Below are positions 21,521-29,585 of a DNA stretch of 64,000 bases, piece after piece. A program made the position numbers and the translations under genes. Numbering within the stretch: position 1 is the first letter of the stretch; each line of letters opens with the position of its first letter. The notes beneath the pieces are model-generated. The model made no database searches, had not been told where the DNA came from, and worked only from the letters and a program-made list of their open reading frames with translations. This stretch comes from Gammaproteobacteria bacterium (GTDB taxonomy: Bacteria; Pseudomonadota; Gammaproteobacteria; Steroidobacterales; Woeseiaceae): positions 99 to 64,098 of the forward strand of contig JARRPZ010000003.1 of the NCBI GenBank assembly GCA_037382365.1, written 5' to 3'.

Positions 21521-22294
21521 GTGACAAGAACGGCAACGAACCTGAAACCCAGACCCCCCGTTCGGCACCCGGAAGACTGGGCGCTGTTCCTCGACGTGGA
21601 CGGCACCCTGCTCGGCTTCCGTGACGATCCGGCCGAGGTGGTCTCCACGCCGGGGCTGAACGCACTGCTCGCAGGGCTCGGCGAAGGGCTGAGCGGCGCT
21701 CTCGCCGTCGTGAGCGGCCGGCCGGTGCAGGACATCGATCGCATATTCCGACCGCTCGTGCTGCCTGCGGCAGGCGCTCACGGTCTCGAGATCCGCATGC
21801 ATCCGGAGGATGACGTCGAGTACCGGAAAGGCACCCGGCTGCCGGACCCGGTGATGGACCGCCTGCAGGCCTTCGTCGCGGCTCGACCGGGCGTCCTGCT
21901 CGAACACAAGCCCCGCGGCGTCGCGCTGCACTACCGGCGCGCCCCCGGAGCGGCGGACGAGGTGCGTGCCGAGATGCACGCTATCGACGAAGAACTCGGC
22001 GCATCGTTCCGCCTGCTGGAGGGCAAGATGGTCTGCGAACTCATGCCGGGCGGACGCAGCAAAGGCAAGGCGATCGAGGACTTCATGACGGTCGCACCGT
22101 TCGCGGGCCGGGTGCCGGTGTTCGTCGGTGACGACGTGACGGACGAAGCCGGATTCTCGGTGGTGAACGAGCTCGGCGGACACTCCGTGCAGGTCACGGA
22201 CCCGGCCAGGGATGCCGGCACGCTGGCGCGCTGGTCCCTGCCGGATATCGATGCCGTGAGCGGCTGGCTCTCGGAAGTGGTGGCGGCGCTGTGA
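21521..22294 (+). CDS. otsB: Trehalose-6-phosphate phosphatase
   Basis: It has the HAD motif I FLDVDGTLL, GDDVTDE and an OtsB-like length. I chose the GTG at 21521; the in-frame ATG at 21446 would overlap the divergent plsB start codon. The start is uncertain. Confidence 0.8.
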   Translation: MTRTATNLKPRPPVRHPEDWALFLDVDGTLLGFRDDPAEVVSTPGLNALLAGLGEGLSGALAVVSGRPVQDIDRIFRPLVLPAAGAHGLEIRMHPEDDVEYRKGTRLPDPVMDRLQAFVAARPGVLLEHKPRGVALHYRRAPGAADEVRAEMHAIDEELGASFRLLEGKMVCELMPGGRSKGKAIEDFMTVAPFAGRVPVFVGDDVTDEAGFSVVNELGGHSVQVTDPARDAGTLARWSLPDIDAVSGWLSEVVAAL

Positions 22295-22334
22295 GCGAGG
22301 ACCGGCAGCACCAGGGTCGAACAAGAGGTTGCAC

Positions 22335-24122
22335 ATGACGGATCTGAATCTCGGTGTCATCGGCAATTGCCAGATCGCCTCCCTCGTCGACAGCCGGGGC
22401 GTGATGGTCTGGTGCTGTCTGCCCCAGCTGGACGGCGACCCGGTATTCTGCCGGCTGCTGCGCGACGAGGAAGACAGGAACAGACCGGGCTATTACGAGA
22501 TCGAGCTGCAGGACTTCGAACGGGCCGAACAAAACTACGTCCCGAATACGCCCATCCTGCGCACGACCCTCTACGACCGGCACGGCGGCGCCGTGGTCAT
22601 CACGGACTTCGCCCCCCGCTATCCCTACATGGGCCGCATGTTCCGCCCCATGATGCTGATCCGCGCCGTCGAACCGCTGAGTGGCAGCCCGAGGATCCGC
22701 ATCCGGCTGAATCCCGCCCGGGAATACGGGCGCAAAGCGTGCAAGGCCCGGCGGGGCAGCAACCACATCCGCTATCTCGGTTCCGGCATGCGGGTGCGCC
22801 TGACGACCGACGTGTCGATCACCCGCGTGCTGGACCAGTCGAGTTTCGTGCTCGACCGACCCGTGCACCTGATCCTCGGGCCGGACGAATCCATACCGGA
22901 AGCCGTCTCGGACACCTATCACAATCATCTGGAGGCGACCGAGCGCTTCTGGCGCGGCTGGTCCCGCGGCCTCGCCATCCCGTTCGAATGGCAGGAGGCC
23001 GTGATCCGCGCCGCCATCACGCTGAAGCTCTGCACCTTCGAGGACACGGGCGCCGTGATCGCCGCCATGACCACCTCGATCCCGGAAGCCCCCGGCAGCG
23101 GCCGCAACTGGGACTACCGCTACTGCTGGCTGCGCGACAGCTACTTCGTCGTGAAGGTTCTGAACCGGCTCGGCGCCACGAAGACGATGGAGGAGTACCT
23201 GCGCTACATCATCGACGTGTCGACGGAGGCGGGGCTCAGCGAACTGCAGCCGGTCTATTCGATCAGCGGTCAGGCGGATCTCACGGAGAGCGTGGTCGAG
23301 TCGCTCTCCGGCTATCGGGGTATGGGGCCGGTGCGCGTGGGCAACCAGGCCTACGAGCAGAGCCAGCACGACGTGTACGGGGCTGTCGTGCTCTCGTCCA
23401 CCCAGATGTTCTTCGACCAGCGTCTGACCCACCCGGGCGGCATGGGCGAATTCCAGCTGCTCGAACAGCTCGGCGCGATCGCCGTGCGCCTCTACGACCA
23501 GCCCGACGCAGGCCTCTGGGAATATCGGGGACGCCAGCGCGTGCACACCTTCTCCAGCCTGATGTGCTGGGCCGCCTGCGATCGCCTGGCCCGCATCGCC
23601 GCGGGTCTCGGGCTGGCCGACCGTGCCGCCTACTGGGGCCGGCAGGCGGCCCACATCCACAAAGTCATCTGCGAGCAGGCCTGGGACGACCGGCAGCAGT
23701 CCTTCACGGAGAGCTTCGGCCGTCCGGAGATGGACGCGAGCCTGCTCACCATGCACTACCTGGGGTTCCTGGACGCCGACGATCCGCGCTTCGTCGGCAC
23801 CGTGAAGGCCATCGAGAAGGAACTGCGGCGTGGCAAGCATGTATTCCGCTACGCTGCAGCGGACGATTTCGGCGAGCCCGAGAACGCTTTCAACATCTGT
23901 ACGTTCTGGTACATCGACGCGCTCGCGGCCGTCGGGCGTGGCGAAGAGGCACGGGAACTCTACGAGCACATGCTGGAGTGCAGGAACCCGCTCGGCATGC
24001 TGTCCGAGGACATCGACACGCGGGACAATTCCCTGTGGGGCAACTTCCCGCAGACCTACAGCATGGCCGGCATCATCGACGGTGCCATGCGCCTCAGCAG
24101 GAGCTGGGAAGAAGCCATCTAG
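22335..24122 (+). CDS. Glycoside hydrolase family 15 (glucoamylase/trehalase-like)
   Basis: GVIGNCQIASLVD, NWDYRYCWLRDS and WGNFPQTYSMAG are typical bacterial GH15 segments. The ATG at 22335 is preceded by AGAGG 6 nt upstream. Confidence 0.85.
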   Translation: MTDLNLGVIGNCQIASLVDSRGVMVWCCLPQLDGDPVFCRLLRDEEDRNRPGYYEIELQDFERAEQNYVPNTPILRTTLYDRHGGAVVITDFAPRYPYMGRMFRPMMLIRAVEPLSGSPRIRIRLNPAREYGRKACKARRGSNHIRYLGSGMRVRLTTDVSITRVLDQSSFVLDRPVHLILGPDESIPEAVSDTYHNHLEATERFWRGWSRGLAIPFEWQEAVIRAAITLKLCTFEDTGAVIAAMTTSIPEAPGSGRNWDYRYCWLRDSYFVVKVLNRLGATKTMEEYLRYIIDVSTEAGLSELQPVYSISGQADLTESVVESLSGYRGMGPVRVGNQAYEQSQHDVYGAVVLSSTQMFFDQRLTHPGGMGEFQLLEQLGAIAVRLYDQPDAGLWEYRGRQRVHTFSSLMCWAACDRLARIAAGLGLADRAAYWGRQAAHIHKVICEQAWDDRQQSFTESFGRPEMDASLLTMHYLGFLDADDPRFVGTVKAIEKELRRGKHVFRYAAADDFGEPENAFNICTFWYIDALAAVGRGEEARELYEHMLECRNPLGMLSEDIDTRDNSLWGNFPQTYSMAGIIDGAMRLSRSWEEAI

Positions 24123-24142
24123 CGATACGAGGGGAGCCGGAC

Positions 24143-25546
24143 GTGAATGATGAGGCAGGGAACGGCAATGGCAGGCTGATCACCGTATCCAACCGGGTCG
24201 CCATGCCCAACCCCAATCGACCTGCGGCAGGCGGTCTCGCCGTCGGGGTACTCGCCGCCCTGGAGGAAGAAGGCGGCGTCTGGTTCGGATGGGACGGCAA
24301 GCTCACGGCCAGCGACAGTCACGATCCCCAGCACGTCACCCGGGGCAATATAACCTTCTCCACCATCGACCTGAACGAGCGAGAGTACGAGCTCTACTAC
24401 AACGGCTTCAGTAACCGGGTGCTCTGGCCCCTGTTCCACTACCTCCTGAGCTACATGCTCTACGACCGCCGCGATTTCGAGGCCTATCTGCGGGTGAACG
24501 CCCTGTTCGCCCGCAAGCTGAAGCCACTGCTCAGACCCGACGACATCATCTGGGTGCACGATTACCACCTCATCCCGCTGGCCGCAGAACTGCGCAATGC
24601 GGGCGTCGACCAGCCCATCGGTTTCTTCCTGCACGTGCCTTTCCCCGGTTACGACGTGCTGCAGGCGCTGCCCGACCATGAATACCTGTTGCGCTCGCTC
24701 TCCGCCTACGACGTCGTCGGTTTCCAGACGGAACGCGATCTCGCTTCCTTCCGGGAGGCGATGACCCACCCGATCATCGGCGGCGAGCTCGCCGAGGGCA
24801 ATCGGATCGACGTGCCGGGCGGATCGCTGATCGCCGACGTCTATCCCATCGGTATCGACGTCGAGGGCATCAGCGAACTCGCCGAGCAGAACAAGGACTC
24901 GCCGAACGTCAAACGCATGCGTGACAGCCTGGGGAGCCGCGAGTTGCTGATCGGCGTGGACCGGCTGGATTATTCGAAAGGCCTGCGGCGTCGATTCCTC
25001 GCCTACGAGCGGCTGCTGGAGCGTTATCCCTCGAACCAGGGCAATCTCGTCTTCATGCAGATCGCGCCGCCGACGCGGGTCGGCATCCGCGCCTACGAGG
25101 AGATCCGCGCCGAACTGGAACGCACGGCCGGCCAGATCAACGGACGCTTCGCGGACATGGACTGGGTGCCGATCCGCTACCTGAACAAGGGATTCGATCG
25201 TCCCACGCTCATGGGCATGCTGCGCAGCGCCCGCGTCGGGCTCGTCACGCCGATCCGTGACGGCATGAATCTGGTGGCCAAGGAATACCTCGCCTCCCAG
25301 GACCCCGAGGATCCTGGCGTGCTGGTCCTCTCCAAGCTCGCCGGTGCTTCCCAGGAACTCACGGATGCCGTGCTGGTGAATCCCTACGATACGGAAGATG
25401 TCGCGGACGGCATCAACCGTTCGCTGCATATGCCCCGCGAGGAACGGTGCGAACGTCACGCACGCATGAGCGAGACGCTGCGGCGCAACGATATCACCGC
25501 CTGGCGGACACGCTTCGTCGCCGATCTCAGGAAGAGACGCCGGTGA
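24143..25546 (+). CDS. otsA: Alpha,alpha-trehalose-phosphate synthase (UDP-forming)
   Basis: The GT20 pattern is present ([47 protein letters not shown]). The GTG at 24143 follows GGGGAG. The upstream part of track ORF 22367..25546 is out-of-frame overlap with the GH15 gene. Confidence 0.92.
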   Translation: MNDEAGNGNGRLITVSNRVAMPNPNRPAAGGLAVGVLAALEEEGGVWFGWDGKLTASDSHDPQHVTRGNITFSTIDLNEREYELYYNGFSNRVLWPLFHYLLSYMLYDRRDFEAYLRVNALFARKLKPLLRPDDIIWVHDYHLIPLAAELRNAGVDQPIGFFLHVPFPGYDVLQALPDHEYLLRSLSAYDVVGFQTERDLASFREAMTHPIIGGELAEGNRIDVPGGSLIADVYPIGIDVEGISELAEQNKDSPNVKRMRDSLGSRELLIGVDRLDYSKGLRRRFLAYERLLERYPSNQGNLVFMQIAPPTRVGIRAYEEIRAELERTAGQINGRFADMDWVPIRYLNKGFDRPTLMGMLRSARVGLVTPIRDGMNLVAKEYLASQDPEDPGVLVLSKLAGASQELTDAVLVNPYDTEDVADGINRSLHMPREERCERHARMSETLRRNDITAWRTRFVADLRKRRR

Positions 25547-26523
25547 ACGACGATCTCCGCGATCGGTGGCTGATCGCCGACATCGGCGGCACGAACAGTC
25601 GCGTCGGCTGCTGGCAACGCGGCAGTCCCCATCACCGCATCGAGCAAATTCGCGTGATGCAGAATGGCAATTTCGCGAACCTCGAGGGCATGCTGCGCCA
25701 CTATGTCGACGCACTCGACGGCCCGCCGCCCCGCGCGGCCGGCCTCGCCATCGCCGCGCCCATCACCGGCAACCGGGTCGACATGCTGAATATCGCCTGG
25801 TCGTTCGAGCAGGACCGCCTGGCCGGCGAATTCGGTTTCTCCGAGCTGTACGCCATCAACGACTTCGAAGCCATCGCCTGTGCCCTCCCCTCGCTGCGCG
25901 CCGAGGACTGCGTCGATATCGGTGGGGGCGCCGGGATGGCCGGCCGCAGCATGGCCGTCCTCGGCCCGGGTACCGGCCTCGGGGTGGCGGGACTCGTCAC
26001 GGGCGATGCGGGCTATATCCCGGTGAGCGGAGAAGGCGGGCACATGACCCTGCCGGCGGTGAACGACGAGGAGATGCGCGTCATCACCCGGGTGCGCGAC
26101 GAACTGGGCCATTGCTCCGCGGAGCGAATCCTCTCCGGTGAGGGCCTGGCGCGGCTGCATCAGGGTCTGCATGGCGGCGACCGACCGAAGCCGAAGGACG
26201 TCAGCGATGCCGCCGGTGCGGGTGATGCGGCCGCCATCCGCACGTTCAACCTGTTCTTCGATTTCCTCGGCACGGTGGCCTCGGACGTCGCCCTGGTATT
26301 CGGCGCACTCGCCGGCGTCTATATCGCCGGCGGCATCGTGCCGGCCAATCTGGGGCTCTTCCGACGCTCGCGCTTCACCGAACGTTTCATAGACAAGGGC
26401 CGCTACCGGGCTTACCTCGCCGGCATCCCGCTGAAGCTGATCACCGCCGCCACGCCGGGACTGACCGGCATGGCCGCTTTCTGTGACCCGGACTCGCGCA
26501 TCCAGACCCAGCGGACGCGCTGA
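25543..26523 (+). CDS. glk: Glucokinase
   Basis: LIADIGGTNSRV, LGPGTGLG and GGHM are present, and the length is Glk-like. The GTG at 25543 overlaps the otsA TGA (GTGA). Confidence 0.88.
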   Translation: MNDDLRDRWLIADIGGTNSRVGCWQRGSPHHRIEQIRVMQNGNFANLEGMLRHYVDALDGPPPRAAGLAIAAPITGNRVDMLNIAWSFEQDRLAGEFGFSELYAINDFEAIACALPSLRAEDCVDIGGGAGMAGRSMAVLGPGTGLGVAGLVTGDAGYIPVSGEGGHMTLPAVNDEEMRVITRVRDELGHCSAERILSGEGLARLHQGLHGGDRPKPKDVSDAAGAGDAAAIRTFNLFFDFLGTVASDVALVFGALAGVYIAGGIVPANLGLFRRSRFTERFIDKGRYRAYLAGIPLKLITAATPGLTGMAAFCDPDSRIQTQRTR

Positions 26524-26668
26524 TCGGGGCGACGGAGGGGCCGGTGATCATGGCCTGACCGCCACTGATCGGTGCGCGTATCGCGTGACCTCCGGTCGTG
26601 CTTCGCGCAGCCACTCACGATAGCATCGGGATCCGGAATCACATCAATCGTCACCAGGGAGACAAGCG

Positions 26669-27271
26669 ATGACGCGGATACTCGTTCTCTACTACAGCAT
26701 GTACGGCCATACCGAGACGATGGCGAAGGCGGTGGCGGAAGGCGCCGCCGGCGTCGAGGGGACCGAGGTCACGCTGAAACGCGTACCGGAGCTCGTGCCC
26801 GAGAAGATCCTGGAGGAATCCGGCGCCAAGACGGATCAGGACGCCGAGATAGCGGAACCGGCCGAACTGGCCGATTACGACGCCATCATCTTCGGTACGC
26901 CGACCCGCTTCGGCAACATGTGCGCGCAGATGCGTAATTTCCTGGACCAGACCGGCGGGCTGTGGGCGAACGGGAAACTGGCGGGCAAGGTCGGCAGTGT
27001 CTTCACCTCCACGGCCTCCCAGCACGGCGGCCAGGAGACCACGATCACCTCGTTCCACAACACCCTGATCCATCACGGCATGGTGATCGTGGGCGTGCCC
27101 TACACCTGCCAGCTGCTGACGACGATGGACGAGGTGATGGGTGGAAGCGCCTACGGCGCCGCCACGCTCGCCGGTGCCGACGGCAGCCGTACCCCGTCGG
27201 AGAAGGAACTCACGATCGCGCGCTTCCAGGGTGAACACGTCGCGGGGATCGCGAAGAAGCTGACTGCGTAG
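26669..27271 (+). CDS. wrbA: NAD(P)H:quinone oxidoreductase WrbA (flavodoxin-like)
   Basis: [26 protein letters not shown] and SQHGGQETT match WrbA throughout. Confidence 0.93.
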   Translation: MTRILVLYYSMYGHTETMAKAVAEGAAGVEGTEVTLKRVPELVPEKILEESGAKTDQDAEIAEPAELADYDAIIFGTPTRFGNMCAQMRNFLDQTGGLWANGKLAGKVGSVFTSTASQHGGQETTITSFHNTLIHHGMVIVGVPYTCQLLTTMDEVMGGSAYGAATLAGADGSRTPSEKELTIARFQGEHVAGIAKKLTA

Positions 27272-27438
27272 GATTCGATCCGGCGGGCGCCCTGGCCCAC
27301 AAGGCGCCCAGCCGGCGACAGATGGAGCAGTTGCAGCTCACGAGCCACATCGGGTCTTGCGAGACCTCGAAACGCACGGCCCCGCAGTGGTCGTCTCTCG
27401 GCGCACCGACGTCGGCCGGCCTTCCCCGCGAGGCTGCA
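27272..27438 (-). pseudogene. Possible remnant of a GFA/CENP-V family (Cys-rich zinc-binding) gene
   Basis: The minus-strand translation contains HCGAVRFEV...CNCSICRRLGALWA, typical of the N-terminal third of GFA-family proteins. The only nearby ATG (27438) is in a different frame. The similarity ends where the ORF runs into the convergent wrbA 3' end, so the C-terminal two-thirds of the family are missing. Confidence 0.35.
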
Positions 27439-27441
27439 TGC

Positions 27442-27657
27442 TCACTCCGGCGACCGGCCCTCGGCTTCCTCCAGCGCCTCGTCCATGGCCTTCTTGCGAT
27501 CCCGGCCAAGCTCTTCCACGGCCTTCGCCCGATCCATCGTGTCGGTCATCGGATCGAGTACGTCAACCCGCTCCTCGTGCGTCTCCTCCGGCTCCCGGTC
27601 CGGCCCGCCGCAGGCACACAACCACAGGCACACACAGGTCAGCAGCAGATGTCGCAT
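27442..27657 (-). CDS. Small putative lipoprotein (hypothetical)
   Basis: MRHLLLTCVCLWLCACGG looks like a signal peptide with a lipobox-like LCAC. The rest is acidic and helical. The ATG follows GGGGAG and lies 1 nt downstream of the esterase gene stop codon (TGA 27659-27661), so the two genes abut. Confidence 0.55.
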   Translation of the reverse strand: MRHLLLTCVCLWLCACGGPDREPEETHEERVDVLDPMTDTMDRAKAVEELGRDRKKAMDEALEEAEGRSPE

Positions 27658-27658
27658 T

Positions 27659-28180
27659 TCACGCTCCCCGGCGCCCGGCCACACGCTCGATGAACAGCCG
27701 CAGCAGAGCGTTGATGGTATCGATGTTCGCCGTCAGACGATGATCGCCATCGAGGACATGCAGCGTCGCCTTCGCCTCTCGCGCGAAACGCAGGCTGTTC
27801 TCCACCGGGACCACGTCGTCGCCCCAGCCGTGCACGATCTCCAGCGGACAGTCCGGCGGGGGCGGAGTGAGCGATTCGTAACCCGGCATGTAATAAGCCG
27901 GCGCGAGGACGAAGACGCCGTCCACCTCGTGCCGACCGCTGGCGGCGGTCGCCACGTGGCCGCCCATGCTGGAGCCGACGAGGATGACCGGGTGGTCCGT
28001 TCGCCCGAGGACGCCGACGAGCTTGTCCACACGCTCACCCGGGTCTGCCATTCCCTGATAATCGACCGAATCGGCCCGGGCACCGAGATCCCGGACCATG
28101 GCGGCCATGGCCGTGATCTTGCTGCCCCACGGGCCGCTCTCCTGACCGTGCGAGAAGATGACGTCGAGATCGTTGATCAC
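27659..28180 (-). CDS. Small alpha/beta hydrolase (YqiA-like esterase fold)
   Basis: It has the nucleophile elbow GSSMGG, later D and H residues (GWGDDVV, GDHRL) and about 173 aa. I chose the GTG at 28180 because AGGAG lies about 9 nt upstream; the track start at 28270 overlaps the previous gene. Confidence 0.7.
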   Translation of the reverse strand: MINDLDVIFSHGQESGPWGSKITAMAAMVRDLGARADSVDYQGMADPGERVDKLVGVLGRTDHPVILVGSSMGGHVATAASGRHEVDGVFVLAPAYYMPGYESLTPPPPDCPLEIVHGWGDDVVPVENSLRFAREAKATLHVLDGDHRLTANIDTINALLRLFIERVAGRRGA

Positions 28181-28223
28181 TATCCGATTCTCCTGCCGTC
28201 GGGTGGATACTGTCGGCTGAATA

Positions 28224-29585
28224 TTACTGGGCCGCCCGCAGTCGCTGGCGGATCTCCTCACGTGCCTCACGCAGGATGGTGTCCCGGTCCAGGCTGCTCA
28301 GGATCTCGGAGACCACCCGCTTCGGGCCGCCGTCGCCCCACGACTTGCCCTGGGCGAGATACTGGTCGGCCACGCGCCCGACCACGTAGGTGCTGTAGTA
28401 GGCGATGGCGCCCTGTGCCCCTGCCGTGACCAGAGTCGAGAGCCCACCGGTCCCTACCTTCAGTGCGCTCGAGACGAAATGCACGGCCCAGACCGTGCCC
28501 ATCAGTGCGGCGGCCTCCGTCATGATCACCCGCACCAGGGTACCCGCCTCGCGACGCGCGATGGGCAGATCGTAGATCCGGGACAGATGGACGACCATGC
28601 CGATGTCGATGAAGGCCGCGGCGAACAGGTCCGCGACCGGCACCGGATTCAGGGCGACCGCCGCGCCCTTGGCGATGCAATAGGTACGCACGACTCTTTC
28701 CGCCACTTCCCGGCGCGCCTCGAGGATCCTCTGGCCGACCTTGTCCGTGAGATCGGCGGCGAAGATCGAGGCATTCAGCGCGGCGAGCGTCTTGCCCTCC
28801 CGTTGCAGGATCTCCCACAGCCTGAGCCGCAGCGCCTCCACGTCGGCCGGCGGCCGACGCAGCGTCTCGTGCTCTTCGCCATCCGGCTCCCGTGTGATCA
28901 CGGTCCGCGGCGCCGGATCGGCGGCAGCCGGGATCACGTTGCGGGGATCGATCACCCCGTCTACGCGCTCCCGCAGCGCCCGGAGCAGAGCCTGCCGCTC
29001 GTCATCGTCGTAGCGGTCGGCCTTGTTCAGGACGAGCACCACCGGGCGCCCCATGCGCACCACGGTCTGCAGGGCATCGAACTCCGTGGCCGTCATGTCG
29101 CCGTCGACCACGAACATGACGAGGTCGGCACGGCCCGCGACCTCGCGGGCCAACTCCTCGCGCTCCTCGCCCCCGGCCTCGTCGATGCCGGGCGTGTCGA
29201 TCACGTAGACGCCGCCGACCTCTTCCTCGCGCAGCGCATGCATGGAGGTGGTGCGGGTCTCGCCGTGCAGCGGGCTCACGGCGAAGAGATTCTCGCCGAT
29301 CAGGGCGTTGAGCAGCGACGACTTGCCCGTGCTGACCCGGCCCAGGGCGGCGATATGGACATGGCCGTGCTCGAGTTTCTCGAGCATCGCCTGCACCTGA
29401 CGATAGTCTTCGGACAGGGCCTCGCGGACGCCCGCGGGCAGACGCCGGTCGCCGAGCAACTCGCGCAGACTCTCGCGGGCGAGATCCAGGTGGTCCGCGC
29501 TCGCGTCGTCAGTCGTCGTCGAGTCGCGATCGTTCGCGGAGGGCGATCTGCGCCACCCGCCGAACACCCGTTTCCAGATATTCAC
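28224..29585 (-). CDS. P-loop GTPase fused to a DUF697-like C-terminal membrane-associated domain (paralog B)
   Basis: G1 is GRVSTGKSSLLNAL, G3 is DTPG and G4 is NKAD. A helical linker follows, then a hydrophobic Gly/Ala-rich C-terminal region resembling YcjF/DUF697. The GTG at 29585 would overlap paralog A by 77 nt; an alternative TTG lies at 29459. Confidence 0.75.
   Translation of the reverse strand: MNIWKRVFGGWRRSPSANDRDSTTTDDASADHLDLARESLRELLGDRRLPAGVREALSEDYRQVQAMLEKLEHGHVHIAALGRVSTGKSSLLNALIGENLFAVSPLHGETRTTSMHALREEEVGGVYVIDTPGIDEAGGEEREELAREVAGRADLVMFVVDGDMTATEFDALQTVVRMGRPVVLVLNKADRYDDDERQALLRALRERVDGVIDPRNVIPAAADPAPRTVITREPDGEEHETLRRPPADVEALRLRLWEILQREGKTLAALNASIFAADLTDKVGQRILEARREVAERVVRTYCIAKGAAVALNPVPVADLFAAAFIDIGMVVHLSRIYDLPIARREAGTLVRVIMTEAAALMGTVWAVHFVSSALKVGTGGLSTLVTAGAQGAIAYYSTYVVGRVADQYLAQGKSWGDGGPKRVVSEILSSLDRDTILREAREEIRQRLRAAQ

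Noticed and set aside
21448-21744. The N-terminal 99-codon extension of the plsB ORF, and the 21326 start of the otsB ORF.
   Set aside because: The two extensions overlap each other on opposite strands and are Ser/Arg/Pro-rich, and they precede the points where homology starts. The shorter starts give family-typical lengths.
22367-24142. The upstream 590 codons of the 1059-aa plus-strand ORF 22367..25546, which looks like a giant fusion protein.
   Set aside because: This part is an out-of-frame overlap of the GH15 gene and encodes Arg/Pro/Gly-rich low-complexity sequence. Recognisable OtsA homology begins only at the GTG at 24143, which has its own SD.
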